A DNA stretch of 57,852 bases from Minisyncoccota bacterium (GCA_035438625.1 DAORIS010000005.1:1-57852); one strand, 5' to 3'; positions 26,222 to 35,148 are shown, counted from the stretch's first letter. Notes: generated by a model from the sequence alone, not told the origin. Made by a program: numbers and translations.

Positions 26222-27967
26222 ATGACTCAAGACCGAGCACTCTCTATTCTTAAAACTGGCGCTAATGTATTTTTAACCGGAGAACCTGGTGCAGGAAAAA
26301 GCCACACTATTAATGAGTATGTGTCGTATCTCCGTGAGCACGCAATCGAGCCAGCAATCACTGCTTCAACGGGTATTGCAGCAACGCATATCAGCGGAAT
26401 GACGATTCACTCATGGAGCGGCATTGGCATTAAAAAAAACCTTAACCAATACGAAATAGACCGAATTGCGTCTCTTGAGTACATTTCTCGTCGAATCACA
26501 AAAGCCAAGGTGCTCATTATCGATGAAATCTCAATGCTTCCACCTGAGGCGTTGAATGATGTTGATAAGGTGTGTCGTGAAGTCAGAAAAAATGAAAGTC
26601 CGTTTGGGGGGTTACAAGTGGTTTTTGTCGGGGACTTTTTTCAACTCCCACCAATTTCTAAAAAGGAAGTAGAACAAAAAGCTCGAGCCCAGACTTCGCT
26701 CCACGAAGAAGATTATTCTCAAGATCCGTCTGACGTAGATACTCGCGAGATGCCGGCAGTATTTGCGTACCAATCTGAGGCGTGGCTTCATGCCAAACCA
26801 CTCATTTGCTATCTCTCAGAACAACACCGCCAGGATGACAGGGAATTTCTTTCACTTCTTGCTGCGATCAGATCAAACTCTTTTGAGGAAGGGCATTTAG
26901 AATATCTGGAATCGAGAAGGACCGATCGAGATAAGCTACCTGAAAATGTAACAAAATTATTTTCAAAGAATTTTGATGTAGATACCGTTAATAGCAAAAC
27001 ACTTTCTCATATTACAGAAGAAGAGCGTACATACACCATGTCTCATACTGGTAGAGAAGCTCTTGTCATTGCGCTAAAAAAAGGATGTCTTTCTCCTGAA
27101 GTGTTGAAGTTGAAAAAGGGTGCTGCAGTGATGTTTACAAAAAATAGTCCAAAGGAAGGTTTTGTAAATGGAACATTAGGTGAAGTGGAAGGTTTTAGAC
27201 CTACAGACGGAATGCCAATTGTTAAAGTGAGAAATGGACAATTGATTACGGTTACCCCAATGGAGTGGAGTATGGAAGAGAATGGGAAAGTGAAAGCACA
27301 AATTAGTCAGTTACCCCTTCGTCTTGCGTGGGCAATGACGGTGCATAAGAGCCAAGGAATGAGTCTGGACGAGGCAATAATGGACCTAGGTGATGTGTTT
27401 GAGTATGGGCAAGGGTATGTTGCACTTTCGCGCGTACGAAGGCTCTCAGGGCTTCATATATTAGGTTGGAACGCGCGAGCGTTTCAGGTACACCCACATG
27501 TATTAGAAGAAGATGGCACTCTTAAGCGCTTTTCAAACGAAGCTGACGCGGCGTTTGAAACAATGTCGTCTGAAGACCTTCGGCAGATGCATGAGAATTT
27601 TCTAAAAGCAATTGGTGGATCAATTACTAAAACAATTAAAAAGAAATCTTCTGGAAAAGGGGATACTCGAGAAGCAACCCTTACACTCCTCAATCAAGGA
27701 AAAACAATTGGAGAAATTGCAGAAGAACGTGGACTGACACGGGGTACAGTCATTGGTCACATTGAAGAATTAATTTCTCAAGGAAAAGCAGATCATACAA
27801 TTTGTTCTCGATTTATGTCACCAGAACTACTTGAATCCCTTCCCGCAATTCATCGAGCGTTTGATAGCTGTGGCATTGAAAAGATTCATCCTGTCTTTGA
27901 AAAACTTAAAGGTGAGTATTCGTATGATGATCTTCGTCTGGCTCGGTTGATGTATAAAAAGGAATAA
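26222..27967 (+). CDS. PIF1/RecD-family (SF1B) DNA helicase with C-terminal HTH
   Basis: Walker A GEPGAGKSHTI, motif II LIIDEISM, VFVGDFFQLPP, SEQHRQ, AMTVHKSQGMSLDEA, YVALSRVR. C-terminal HTH KTIGEIAEERGLTRGTVIGHIEEL. ATG 26222 preferred over GTG 26195. Confidence 0.85.
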   Translation: MTQDRALSILKTGANVFLTGEPGAGKSHTINEYVSYLREHAIEPAITASTGIAATHISGMTIHSWSGIGIKKNLNQYEIDRIASLEYISRRITKAKVLIIDEISMLPPEALNDVDKVCREVRKNESPFGGLQVVFVGDFFQLPPISKKEVEQKARAQTSLHEEDYSQDPSDVDTREMPAVFAYQSEAWLHAKPLICYLSEQHRQDDREFLSLLAAIRSNSFEEGHLEYLESRRTDRDKLPENVTKLFSKNFDVDTVNSKTLSHITEEERTYTMSHTGREALVIALKKGCLSPEVLKLKKGAAVMFTKNSPKEGFVNGTLGEVEGFRPTDGMPIVKVRNGQLITVTPMEWSMEENGKVKAQISQLPLRLAWAMTVHKSQGMSLDEAIMDLGDVFEYGQGYVALSRVRRLSGLHILGWNARAFQVHPHVLEEDGTLKRFSNEADAAFETMSSEDLRQMHENFLKAIGGSITKTIKKKSSGKGDTREATLTLLNQGKTIGEIAEERGLTRGTVIGHIEELISQGKADHTICSRFMSPELLESLPAIHRAFDSCGIEKIHPVFEKLKGEYSYDDLRLARLMYKKE

Positions 27968-27984
27968 TAGGTTATAGTTATGGT

Positions 27985-28101
27985 ATGGCAAAAAGAACAG
28001 CAGTAAATACAAAAAACAGGGCGTCACGTTCACGAAAGACAAAGAAGCGCTTGGTAACAAAGCACGCGCGTCTTGCAGCACAAAAGTCAAAGAAGAGGTA
28101 G
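27985..28101 (+). CDS. candidate 38-aa highly basic small protein (below ORF-track cutoff)
   Basis: ATG..TAG gives MAKRTAVNTKNRASRSRKTKKRLVTKHARLAAQKSKKR. It fills an otherwise empty 168-nt gap. No SD and no family recognised. Confidence 0.3.
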   Translation: MAKRTAVNTKNRASRSRKTKKRLVTKHARLAAQKSKKR

Positions 28102-28135
28102 TTCTATATACGAGTGTTGTGTATATAATGTCTAT

Positions 28136-28831
28136 ATGACATTCAATTCAACACATAAAAAGATACTGCTCGTAATTGCGGCAGTGTTTTTTGTTGCAGG
28201 AGTAGGGTTTGCAGTGAGTTCGGTAATTGAACAGAACTATCCTAAGCATACTCAAAACGAAGAGCCGCAGGCGCTACCAGACAATGGACCCATTTCTGTG
28301 AAGGGAATAATTACATGCCTTCCTCATCGTGAGTCAGCTGGAGAGCAAACACTCGAGTGTGCGTTCGGTCTACAAGACTATGGGGGTAGGTTTTATGCAC
28401 TTCGTGACACAGATCCAACGTATAAAAATATTACTGCGTTTCCCGGTGAAGCTCCGGTACTTGTAAGTGGAACATTTACTGCAGAAACTCACGAAAAGTA
28501 CCAAGGTATTGGTCGGATTGATGTAACTTCGGTTGAACTTGCCGATGTGCCAAAACGCACAACGCTTACCGGTACATATATGTGTCTTCCGCACACAAAC
28601 ACAACTGGTCCCCAGACTGAAGAATGTGTATTTGGTTTGAAAGCTGACGACGGAACATATTACGCTGTTGATTTTTACCTAATGTCTTCAATGGTTCCGT
28701 CAATTAAAAGTGGAGACAGAATCACTGCTTCAGGAGTGCTTACGCTGATTGAAATGTTAAGCACAGACAGGTGGCAGATTTATCCAATTAAAGGAATATT
28801 TTCTATTACTGACTCATTTAAAAAATTATAG
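28136..28831 (+). CDS. membrane-anchored protein with two copies of a CLPH...EC domain
   Basis: ATG 28136 gives a TM anchor (ILLVIAAVFFVAGVGFAV). Two ~85-aa repeats follow: GIITCLPHRESAGEQTLECAFGLQDYGGRFYAL and GTYMCLPHTNTTGPQTEECVFGLKADDGTYYAV. Confidence 0.65.
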   Translation: MTFNSTHKKILLVIAAVFFVAGVGFAVSSVIEQNYPKHTQNEEPQALPDNGPISVKGIITCLPHRESAGEQTLECAFGLQDYGGRFYALRDTDPTYKNITAFPGEAPVLVSGTFTAETHEKYQGIGRIDVTSVELADVPKRTTLTGTYMCLPHTNTTGPQTEECVFGLKADDGTYYAVDFYLMSSMVPSIKSGDRITASGVLTLIEMLSTDRWQIYPIKGIFSITDSFKKL

Positions 28832-28835
28832 ATAT

Positions 28836-29258
28836 ATGGCATATTCAACATCAATATCTTCTGTTATTACAGCTCCGCTTCCAAAAGTATGGGACGCACT
28901 GACACAACCAGAATTAGTTAAGCAATACTTTTTTGGTACAAATCTCGAAACAACATGGGAAGTTGGTGCTCCAATTATCTTTCGTGGAGAGTGGAATGGT
29001 GCTGCATATGAAGATAAAGGAACTATTCTTTCTTTTGAGCCACAGAAGTCTTTCTCATATAACTATTGGAGTAATGCTGGAACGCTTCCAGATAGCCTTG
29101 AAAACTATCAAATACTTACGTTTACTGTAGAAGAAGTAACTGGTGGAACAAAAGTCACCATTGATCAATCAAATGTTGATACGCAAGAAAAGGCGGATCA
29201 CTCAGCTGAGAATTGGAAGATGGTACTGAGAGAGTTAGAGAAGCTGGTTACAAAATAA
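28836..29258 (+). CDS. SRPBCC-superfamily protein (AHSA1/START-like)
   Basis: ITAPLPKVWDALTQPELVKQYFFG ... WEVGAPIIFRGEW ... GTILSFEPQKSFSYNYWS is typical of Aha1-domain SRPBCC proteins. Confidence 0.75.
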   Translation: MAYSTSISSVITAPLPKVWDALTQPELVKQYFFGTNLETTWEVGAPIIFRGEWNGAAYEDKGTILSFEPQKSFSYNYWSNAGTLPDSLENYQILTFTVEEVTGGTKVTIDQSNVDTQEKADHSAENWKMVLRELEKLVTK

Positions 29259-30177
29259 TTGAACCTTCTTTTTTTCGGTCCATTTCTGCAAGGTATGCAT
29301 TAATATGCATTGCTGTTTTGTGACCTGACGCGACTGATACATTTAATTGTCGTTCGACACGGGCAGTGTCCCCGGCGCAATATACTCCACTGACTGACGT
29401 TTTACCGTGCTCGTCACAAATAATGTGTCCCGAGTCATCGCGTTCGCAATCTAGATTTTTTGACACATTGTCACGAACGCGAGCTTTGGTCTCTACAATT
29501 CCTTCTGCAACTTCGATTCGTACATTACTTTCTAAAGTGACCAACACACCGTTCTTTGTCTTTTCAAGGGAAGTTACTTTTTCAACTATCACTCCACCAG
29601 CGTTGGCAATTCTTTGAGTCGTGATGTCATTTAGTACACCTTCAATACATGACCATGAAATGTCTCGGCTCCACGACGGAAGAATGACACTCATGTGATC
29701 AATCCAGTTTGCACTACCCATTGCAATAAGTTTTGTATCTTTCGCTTCGTATCCTTCGCAATACGGACAATGCCATATTTTTGTACCCCATAGAGCATCA
29801 ATACCTTTTATTTTAGGAAGACTATATATTGCTCCTTGTGCAAGAAGAATTGTCCGAGCCTCGAGAGGTTTTCCGTGTTCAAGAGTTACATAAAAAGAAC
29901 CATCTTCAAGGTATGTAATCGCTGTAACCAAGTCTTCAATGTGTCGAACTGTTGGGTATGTACACACTTGTTGCTTTGCGATTGTATATAAATCGTGTGG
30001 GGAAGTATTGTCTCTGGTAAACACACTGTGAGAAAGTGGTGCTACTCGATTACTTTGTTGGTTGGCATCAATTATTGCAATATTTCTTCTTGATCTACCT
30101 AAAACCATTGCTGCAGCAAGTCCAGCAGCTCCTCCGCCAACAATGATGCAATCGAGTTGGGCTGGAGTTCGCGACAT
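29248..30177 (-). CDS. NAD(P)/FAD-dependent oxidoreductase (thioredoxin-reductase-like)
   Basis: FAD motif DCIIVGGGAAGLAAA, redox-type CPYC, C-terminal GVYCAGD. 11-nt tail-to-tail overlap with the SRPBCC gene. Confidence 0.8.
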   Translation of the reverse strand: MSRTPAQLDCIIVGGGAAGLAAAMVLGRSRRNIAIIDANQQSNRVAPLSHSVFTRDNTSPHDLYTIAKQQVCTYPTVRHIEDLVTAITYLEDGSFYVTLEHGKPLEARTILLAQGAIYSLPKIKGIDALWGTKIWHCPYCEGYEAKDTKLIAMGSANWIDHMSVILPSWSRDISWSCIEGVLNDITTQRIANAGGVIVEKVTSLEKTKNGVLVTLESNVRIEVAEGIVETKARVRDNVSKNLDCERDDSGHIICDEHGKTSVSGVYCAGDTARVERQLNVSVASGHKTAMHINAYLAEMDRKKEGSIIL

Positions 30178-30213
30178 ATATAGTCATCATAACAATTTTG
30201 CTATGCTTACCAA

Positions 30214-30465
30214 ATGTATTTTGTGTATATCTTGAAGTGTATGGATGGATCTCTCTATACAGGCATTACAACTGATGTTGAAAGGAGATTGGAAGAACAT
30301 ACAAAGGGTATTGGAAGTCGTTATACGCGCGCGAGGAGGGTTGAAAAGGTGATCTACGTTGAAGAGTGTGAAAATAGAAGTATTGCCTCAGAACGAGAGA
30401 GTCAGATTAAGCATTTATCTCGTGAAGATAAACTCGCACTTACACAGACTCAAAAAGTGTCTTGA
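30214..30465 (+). CDS. GIY-YIG nuclease-family protein (UPF0213-like)
   Basis: YFVYILKCMDGSLYTGITTDVERRLEEH and a downstream conserved E. Confidence 0.85.
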   Translation: MYFVYILKCMDGSLYTGITTDVERRLEEHTKGIGSRYTRARRVEKVIYVEECENRSIASERESQIKHLSREDKLALTQTQKVS

Positions 30466-30484
30466 TACGCTATACTATTAGGAA

Positions 30485-31465
30485 ATGGTCAAGAAATATC
30501 TCATTCCTCACCACGGAAATGGCTACAGACCTCACTTTTTTAAGGGTGGTCATATTGCATTTCTTTTTATTTTTTGTGCCGCAATCTTCATTTCCTCACA
30601 ATATGCTATTAGACATGTTGGGGAATGGAATCTCGCAACAGCTATTGCTCCAGATTTTTTGATTGATCTAGCAAATAAAGATCGTGCAAGTGCTGGACAG
30701 TCAGACCTAGTTGAAAACCCCAAGTTAGCAGAAGCTGCACGATTAAAAGCAGAAGACATGGCAAGTAAGGAATATTTTGCGCACAATAGTCCCGAAGGAT
30801 TAACACCGTGGCACTGGTTTGCTGCAGTGGATTATAATTTTGCATATGCCGGAGAAAATCTCGCAGTTAATTTCAGTGACTCAGAGCCTCTTCAGAAAGC
30901 ATGGATGGATTCTCCATTACACCGAGCAAATATTTTAAACGGTCAGTTTACTGAAATCGGTATTGGAGTCGCTCGCGGAACGTACAAAGGAAAACAGACA
31001 TTATTTGTTGCACAAATGTTTGGTGCTCCAAAATTAGCTGTTGTAACTCCAACACAACAACCAGTACAAAATACAACGGCGCTAGTGACACCTGTTACAG
31101 TAACTCCAGTTCAAGAAGTCACACCAATACGCGTTGCGGTAGTCAGTGAACATGCTACTGAAAAAGAACAATTTGTATCTGTCAGAAATGCCTCAGTACA
31201 AGCTGCGTCGGTAGTTTCGATTCCTCAACCAGAGTCACGTACAGAAAGCTCACCGGCGGCTCCTTGGTATGCAAAATTTGTATTTAACCCTGCATTGCTT
31301 GCTCAATATGCATTCTCGTTGATCATGGCCGTTACAATCATTGCAATAGCACTCCTCATTGGAATTGAGGCTAGCAGAAGGCATCCGAAGGACGTTGTCT
31401 TCGGCTGTGCATTATTTGCTCTTGTTCTGGGGCTTCTGGTATGGAATAGCCAATTACTTGCGTAA
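30485..31465 (+). CDS. CAP/SCP-domain protein with N- and C-terminal TM segments
   Basis: CAP-domain segments AEDMASKEYFAHNSP, YAGENLA, WMDSPLHRANIL, IGIGVA. Then a Thr/Pro/Val-rich linker and two C-terminal helices. Confidence 0.8.
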   Translation: MVKKYLIPHHGNGYRPHFFKGGHIAFLFIFCAAIFISSQYAIRHVGEWNLATAIAPDFLIDLANKDRASAGQSDLVENPKLAEAARLKAEDMASKEYFAHNSPEGLTPWHWFAAVDYNFAYAGENLAVNFSDSEPLQKAWMDSPLHRANILNGQFTEIGIGVARGTYKGKQTLFVAQMFGAPKLAVVTPTQQPVQNTTALVTPVTVTPVQEVTPIRVAVVSEHATEKEQFVSVRNASVQAASVVSIPQPESRTESSPAAPWYAKFVFNPALLAQYAFSLIMAVTIIAIALLIGIEASRRHPKDVVFGCALFALVLGLLVWNSQLLA

Positions 31466-31489
31466 TTCCTGTGTTACAATTTCTTTGAT

Positions 31490-32035
31490 ATGAAAATTGC
31501 GCTCGTAGGTCCGGGAGGCGCAGGCAAGGATACCTTGTCAGAATTCGCGGCCGCTGAATTTGATTTAAAACATGTTTCTTGTGGTGATATGCTCCGATAT
31601 CACGTAGTAGAGAACAACTTAGGGACTCCAGATAGGCTAACACTGCGAGTTGTCGCTACTCATTTGCGCGCTGAAAAAGGTGCTGATTATTTAGTCAGGA
31701 AAGCAATTGAAATGCATCCAGATGGGCTAGTTCTTTCAGGGTTAAGAGCAGCGGCTGAAGCAGAAGCATTCAAGAAGTTGGGAGGAACCATTATCTCTGT
31801 TACGGCTCCAATGGAGAAAAGATTTGAATGGGTAAGAAAAAGGCCAGATATTGATAATGAAATGTCCTATGAGAAATTTTTAGAACGAGATACGATTGAA
31901 TCATCAAATCCTGATCCAAATGCTCCAAACATAGCCGCGGTTATGTCACATGCTGACATTCATATTAATAATGATTCAGACAAAGAGACATTGTTTTTGA
32001 AGTTTAGACAGGCAATGAGCTCGCTACTCTCGTAG
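31490..32035 (+). CDS. P-loop nucleotide kinase-like protein (UPF0200 / dephospho-CoA-kinase-like)
   Basis: Walker A GPGGAGKDT at the extreme N-terminus. Size and colinearity fit small NMP-kinase-fold proteins. Substrate unknown. Confidence 0.55.
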   Translation: MKIALVGPGGAGKDTLSEFAAAEFDLKHVSCGDMLRYHVVENNLGTPDRLTLRVVATHLRAEKGADYLVRKAIEMHPDGLVLSGLRAAAEAEAFKKLGGTIISVTAPMEKRFEWVRKRPDIDNEMSYEKFLERDTIESSNPDPNAPNIAAVMSHADIHINNDSDKETLFLKFRQAMSSLLS

Positions 32036-32097
32036 CGCATTTACTAGTCGCAATTGATATACTGCTACTGTTCTGTTTAATAGTTCATTACAATTTT

Positions 32098-32751
32098 ATG
32101 GTTACAAATACTCGGCTCTCATGCGAAGGAGAGAAAGGGTTTATTTTCATTGCTGTTGTTGCAGCAGTAGCTCTCGCACTTGTTGCGGGTGGTACGTACT
32201 ACATGTATAACAAACAAGATGCATCAGATGAAAATATTAAATACCCATCTGATATGACAAATGAAGAAAGGGATGCACAGGTAGGTGTGCAGGCAAACAA
32301 TAACGGTAGTAGTTCAATTAGAACCCTCTTGTCCCTAGGAAAGAATGTTCGCTGTGATGTTAAGACTGATGAAAGTAATGGGGTAGCGTTTGTAGCAGGT
32401 AATCGAGTTCGAGCGGATTTTGAAGTTACGGCCTCAGCTTCTACTGCTGATGATGCACATATGATCGCCGACGGAGAACATGTGTATGTATGGTCAGGTT
32501 CGCAGGGTATGAAGATGGTTGCAGCTGATGCAAATTCGTCTACTTCAGCACAAACACAAGGAAATACACAAGCAGGACTTGATACACAAATTGAGTACAC
32601 ATGTACTGACTGGGTTGTAGATGAAGAAAAATTTACACCTCCAACAACTGTTAACTTTACCGACATATCAGCAATGATTCGAGGAAATGTTAATTCGGGA
32701 GTTAATGTAAATACATCTGTTACGGGTACTGTGACAGGGGGAGATAGATAA
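32098..32751 (+). CDS. hypothetical membrane-anchored protein
   Basis: N-terminal TM (FIFIAVVAAVALALVAGG), then a Ser/Thr/Asn-rich extracytoplasmic part. No motif recognised. Confidence 0.55.
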   Translation: MVTNTRLSCEGEKGFIFIAVVAAVALALVAGGTYYMYNKQDASDENIKYPSDMTNEERDAQVGVQANNNGSSSIRTLLSLGKNVRCDVKTDESNGVAFVAGNRVRADFEVTASASTADDAHMIADGEHVYVWSGSQGMKMVAADANSSTSAQTQGNTQAGLDTQIEYTCTDWVVDEEKFTPPTTVNFTDISAMIRGNVNSGVNVNTSVTGTVTGGDR

Positions 32752-32767
32752 GTAAGACAACAAAAAA

Positions 32768-32789
32768 CCGCCCACCGGGCGGTTTTTTT
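32768..32789. terminator. bidirectional intrinsic terminator
   Basis: A6-ccgccc-acc-gggcgg-T7 between convergent genes. Confidence 0.8.
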
Positions 32790-32809
32790 ATTTGAATGAT
32801 TTCTTGGAA

Positions 32810-34348
32810 CTATTCAATTACGTTTAGTTCAATGTCATCACTTTCTGCTTCACCATCGAGTTGGTCAGCATCAAGCTCTTCGTCACCTTCAGCAACAATA
32901 TTATCAACGTTATCCTCGTCCATGAAGATAACAATTTCATCTCCATCGTCGTAGTTTCCATCTACTTCAGCAAATTTAACCATGACATATGCTGTGTATG
33001 TTTCGTCACCCTCGAGTTCGACATCACCATCTAAGTCAAATGTAACTACCGCAACCTCATCGTCTTCATCCTCAATATCGAAATCATCGTATTCGTCACC
33101 GTCGATTTGGATCTTGATGTCATCGATAACGTCATCAAATGATCCCTCATCGAGGAATTCAATTGTAATTGGGAGTTCTGTAAGCTCAATGTCATTGTCA
33201 CCAGTTTCGATTTCGAATGCGAAGAGTGTGTACCATCCTGATACTGTGTCTTCGTAGACATTTACTGATGTTGAGACACTTGCGCTTGAGTCATCGATTG
33301 AAAGTTCATCGTCATCACTATTGTCATTGTCATCGTCGTCGTCGTTATCGCCATCTTCTGCAATATCAATCGTGATTTCTTCTTCAGAATCTCCGATTTG
33401 TTGATTTACTCCTTCAGCATCAAAGGCACGAATACCCTTATCTGGAACTGAGATTTCCCATACTGCATCTCCATCATCTGACCCTTCAACATCTTCTGCG
33501 ATATCAAGTGCTAGGATGATTTCAGCTGTTTCTCCTTCGCGGACAATGGTATCAACACCACTAAATCGTAGGCGGTAGACATCGTCGTCTTCTTCTGACC
33601 ACTCATCCTCATCACTTGCGTCCATATCAGCAACTTCTTCGCCGCCAACGAGAACACGAGCTGTCTCAAAGACATCCCACGGTTCATCATCTGCGTTGTC
33701 TCCACCGCTAAATACGAAATCGAAGTCTACTCGTTCGATGCGGACGTCTCCATCTTCAACATCAAATGAGACCTCCATGACTTCTGCATCAGAGTCACCT
33801 TGTCCTGGCTCATCGTCATCACCTTCACTTACTTCGAAGTTTTCAAGTGATGCTTCGTTGCCTTCTAGGTCGCCAGTATTATTGCTGTTTCCGTTGTTTG
33901 TTGTGTTTCCAGTTCCTGAAACACTCTTGTAACAGACACTCATTCCACTGTATACAGTTGGATAAAATCCTGGAGGGCAGACACCTGCTCCTGGGTTAAC
34001 TGGTGTGGGAGTACCAGTTGTGCCACCTCCAACGAGAGAGTTGTACATTGCCTTTGTGGCAGGTCCAAAGCGACCATTACTTGGTGTAATTCCACTTGCT
34101 TGTTGGAATTTCATGACGCCACCATGTGTAAGTGCGCCATATGTACCACGGATAACATTTCCAGGAATAACTACGTATCCCTTCGCTTCAAGGAACGATT
34201 GCAACACAGCCACATCAGGGCCGTTTGAACCGATTTGAAGCTCGCGTGAGATCGGCTGCCATGATGAACTCTGTGCCGAAGCTCCTGTTGCGGAGATCAG
34301 GGACAAGGCCATCGCGGCGAGCGCGAACATGCATGTCTTCTTAATCAT
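32810..34348 (-). CDS. secreted protein: signal peptide + peptidoglycan-binding domain + very long Asp/Glu-rich region
   Basis: Signal peptide MIKKTCMFALAAMALSLISATGASA. PG_binding_1-like segment GSNGPDVAVLQSFLEAKGY ... YGALTHGGVMKFQQASGI. About 350 aa dominated by D/E follow. Confidence 0.7.
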   Translation of the reverse strand: MIKKTCMFALAAMALSLISATGASAQSSSWQPISRELQIGSNGPDVAVLQSFLEAKGYVVIPGNVIRGTYGALTHGGVMKFQQASGITPSNGRFGPATKAMYNSLVGGGTTGTPTPVNPGAGVCPPGFYPTVYSGMSVCYKSVSGTGNTTNNGNSNNTGDLEGNEASLENFEVSEGDDDEPGQGDSDAEVMEVSFDVEDGDVRIERVDFDFVFSGGDNADDEPWDVFETARVLVGGEEVADMDASDEDEWSEEDDDVYRLRFSGVDTIVREGETAEIILALDIAEDVEGSDDGDAVWEISVPDKGIRAFDAEGVNQQIGDSEEEITIDIAEDGDNDDDDDNDNSDDDELSIDDSSASVSTSVNVYEDTVSGWYTLFAFEIETGDNDIELTELPITIEFLDEGSFDDVIDDIKIQIDGDEYDDFDIEDEDDEVAVVTFDLDGDVELEGDETYTAYVMVKFAEVDGNYDDGDEIVIFMDEDNVDNIVAEGDEELDADQLDGEAESDDIELNVIE

Positions 34349-34485
34349 AAATAAAGGATAAATTATTACTAAAATTACTAATAATGCCCACTCTGTTTGA
34401 AGGACATCTTATTGTATAGAGTAATACCAATACGTACTCTTAGCAATGCCGCTTGAAACTGTAATAGGAGGGGTACAATACATAT

Positions 34486-35037
34486 ATGCTTTGGTACGTA
34501 ATTACAGGTGCAATTGATACACGCGTTGCTCATGACCTAATAACCTGGGCGAGTGAACAAGTGTATGCAAAACAAGCGAGTCAATTAACCGTTTTCATTT
34601 CTTCTACAGGAGGAGATGTGGACTCTGCAATTCGCATGTACGCGTATCTTAAGGCACTCCCCATTGAAGTGAATACAATTGGTTTTACTCAAATCGATTC
34701 TGCTGCAAACACAATTTTTTTAGCAGGAAAGAAGCGGTCAGCGTTACAAGGATGTCGATTTTTTCTCCACGAGGGAACATATACCATTGGAAACCAAACT
34801 GCGTCACTCCATAGTCACGAAGAAACACTGACAGTGTTAAAAGAACTGCTGAAAAGAAATATTGAGATCATTGCCAGTGAAACTGGGAAAACAAACAAAG
34901 AAATTGCAGATACTTTGCGTGAAAGTAAGATACTCACCGCAAAACAGGCAGTGGAGTATGGTATTGCCACAGATATCATCACAAAACTACCCGGAGGAGC
35001 ACCAATTGGCGCTGTAGGAGGCTCTGCTGGGGTGTAA
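34486..35037 (+). CDS. ClpP-fold (S14-like) serine peptidase homologue, orphan
   Basis: Colinear with the ClpP core: LTVFISSTGGDVDSAIRMYAYLKALPIEVNTIGFTQIDSAANTIFLAG ... RFFLHEGT ... LTAKQAVEYGIATDII. Ser and His are present; the Asp position is not conserved by eye. Confidence 0.6.
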   Translation: MLWYVITGAIDTRVAHDLITWASEQVYAKQASQLTVFISSTGGDVDSAIRMYAYLKALPIEVNTIGFTQIDSAANTIFLAGKKRSALQGCRFFLHEGTYTIGNQTASLHSHEETLTVLKELLKRNIEIIASETGKTNKEIADTLRESKILTAKQAVEYGIATDIITKLPGGAPIGAVGGSAGV

Positions 35038-35059
35038 ATGTGAGAGGTGCATAACCCGC

Positions 35060-35087
35060 TTGAAACATATATTGACCCTCCTATAAT
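35060..35087 (+). promoter_or_regulatory. near-consensus sigma70-type promoter
   Basis: TTGAAA (35060-35065), 16-nt spacer, TATAAT (35082-35087), upstream of the KGG-repeat gene. Confidence 0.5.
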
Positions 35088-35148
35088 TAGCATGGGATAT
35101 AGCAGGAGGCGGTTGAGAACATTATTAGTTCTAAATCGAAAACACACT

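Noticed and set aside
32982-34238. Plus-strand ORFs and apparent short tandem DNA repeats inside the acidic protein gene; considered as a possible repeat array or CRISPR-like structure
   Set aside because: The periodicity is 3 nt (GAT/GAC/GAA codon runs on the minus strand), with no repeat-spacer organisation. The ORFs are poly-Ser shadows of poly-Asp/Glu.
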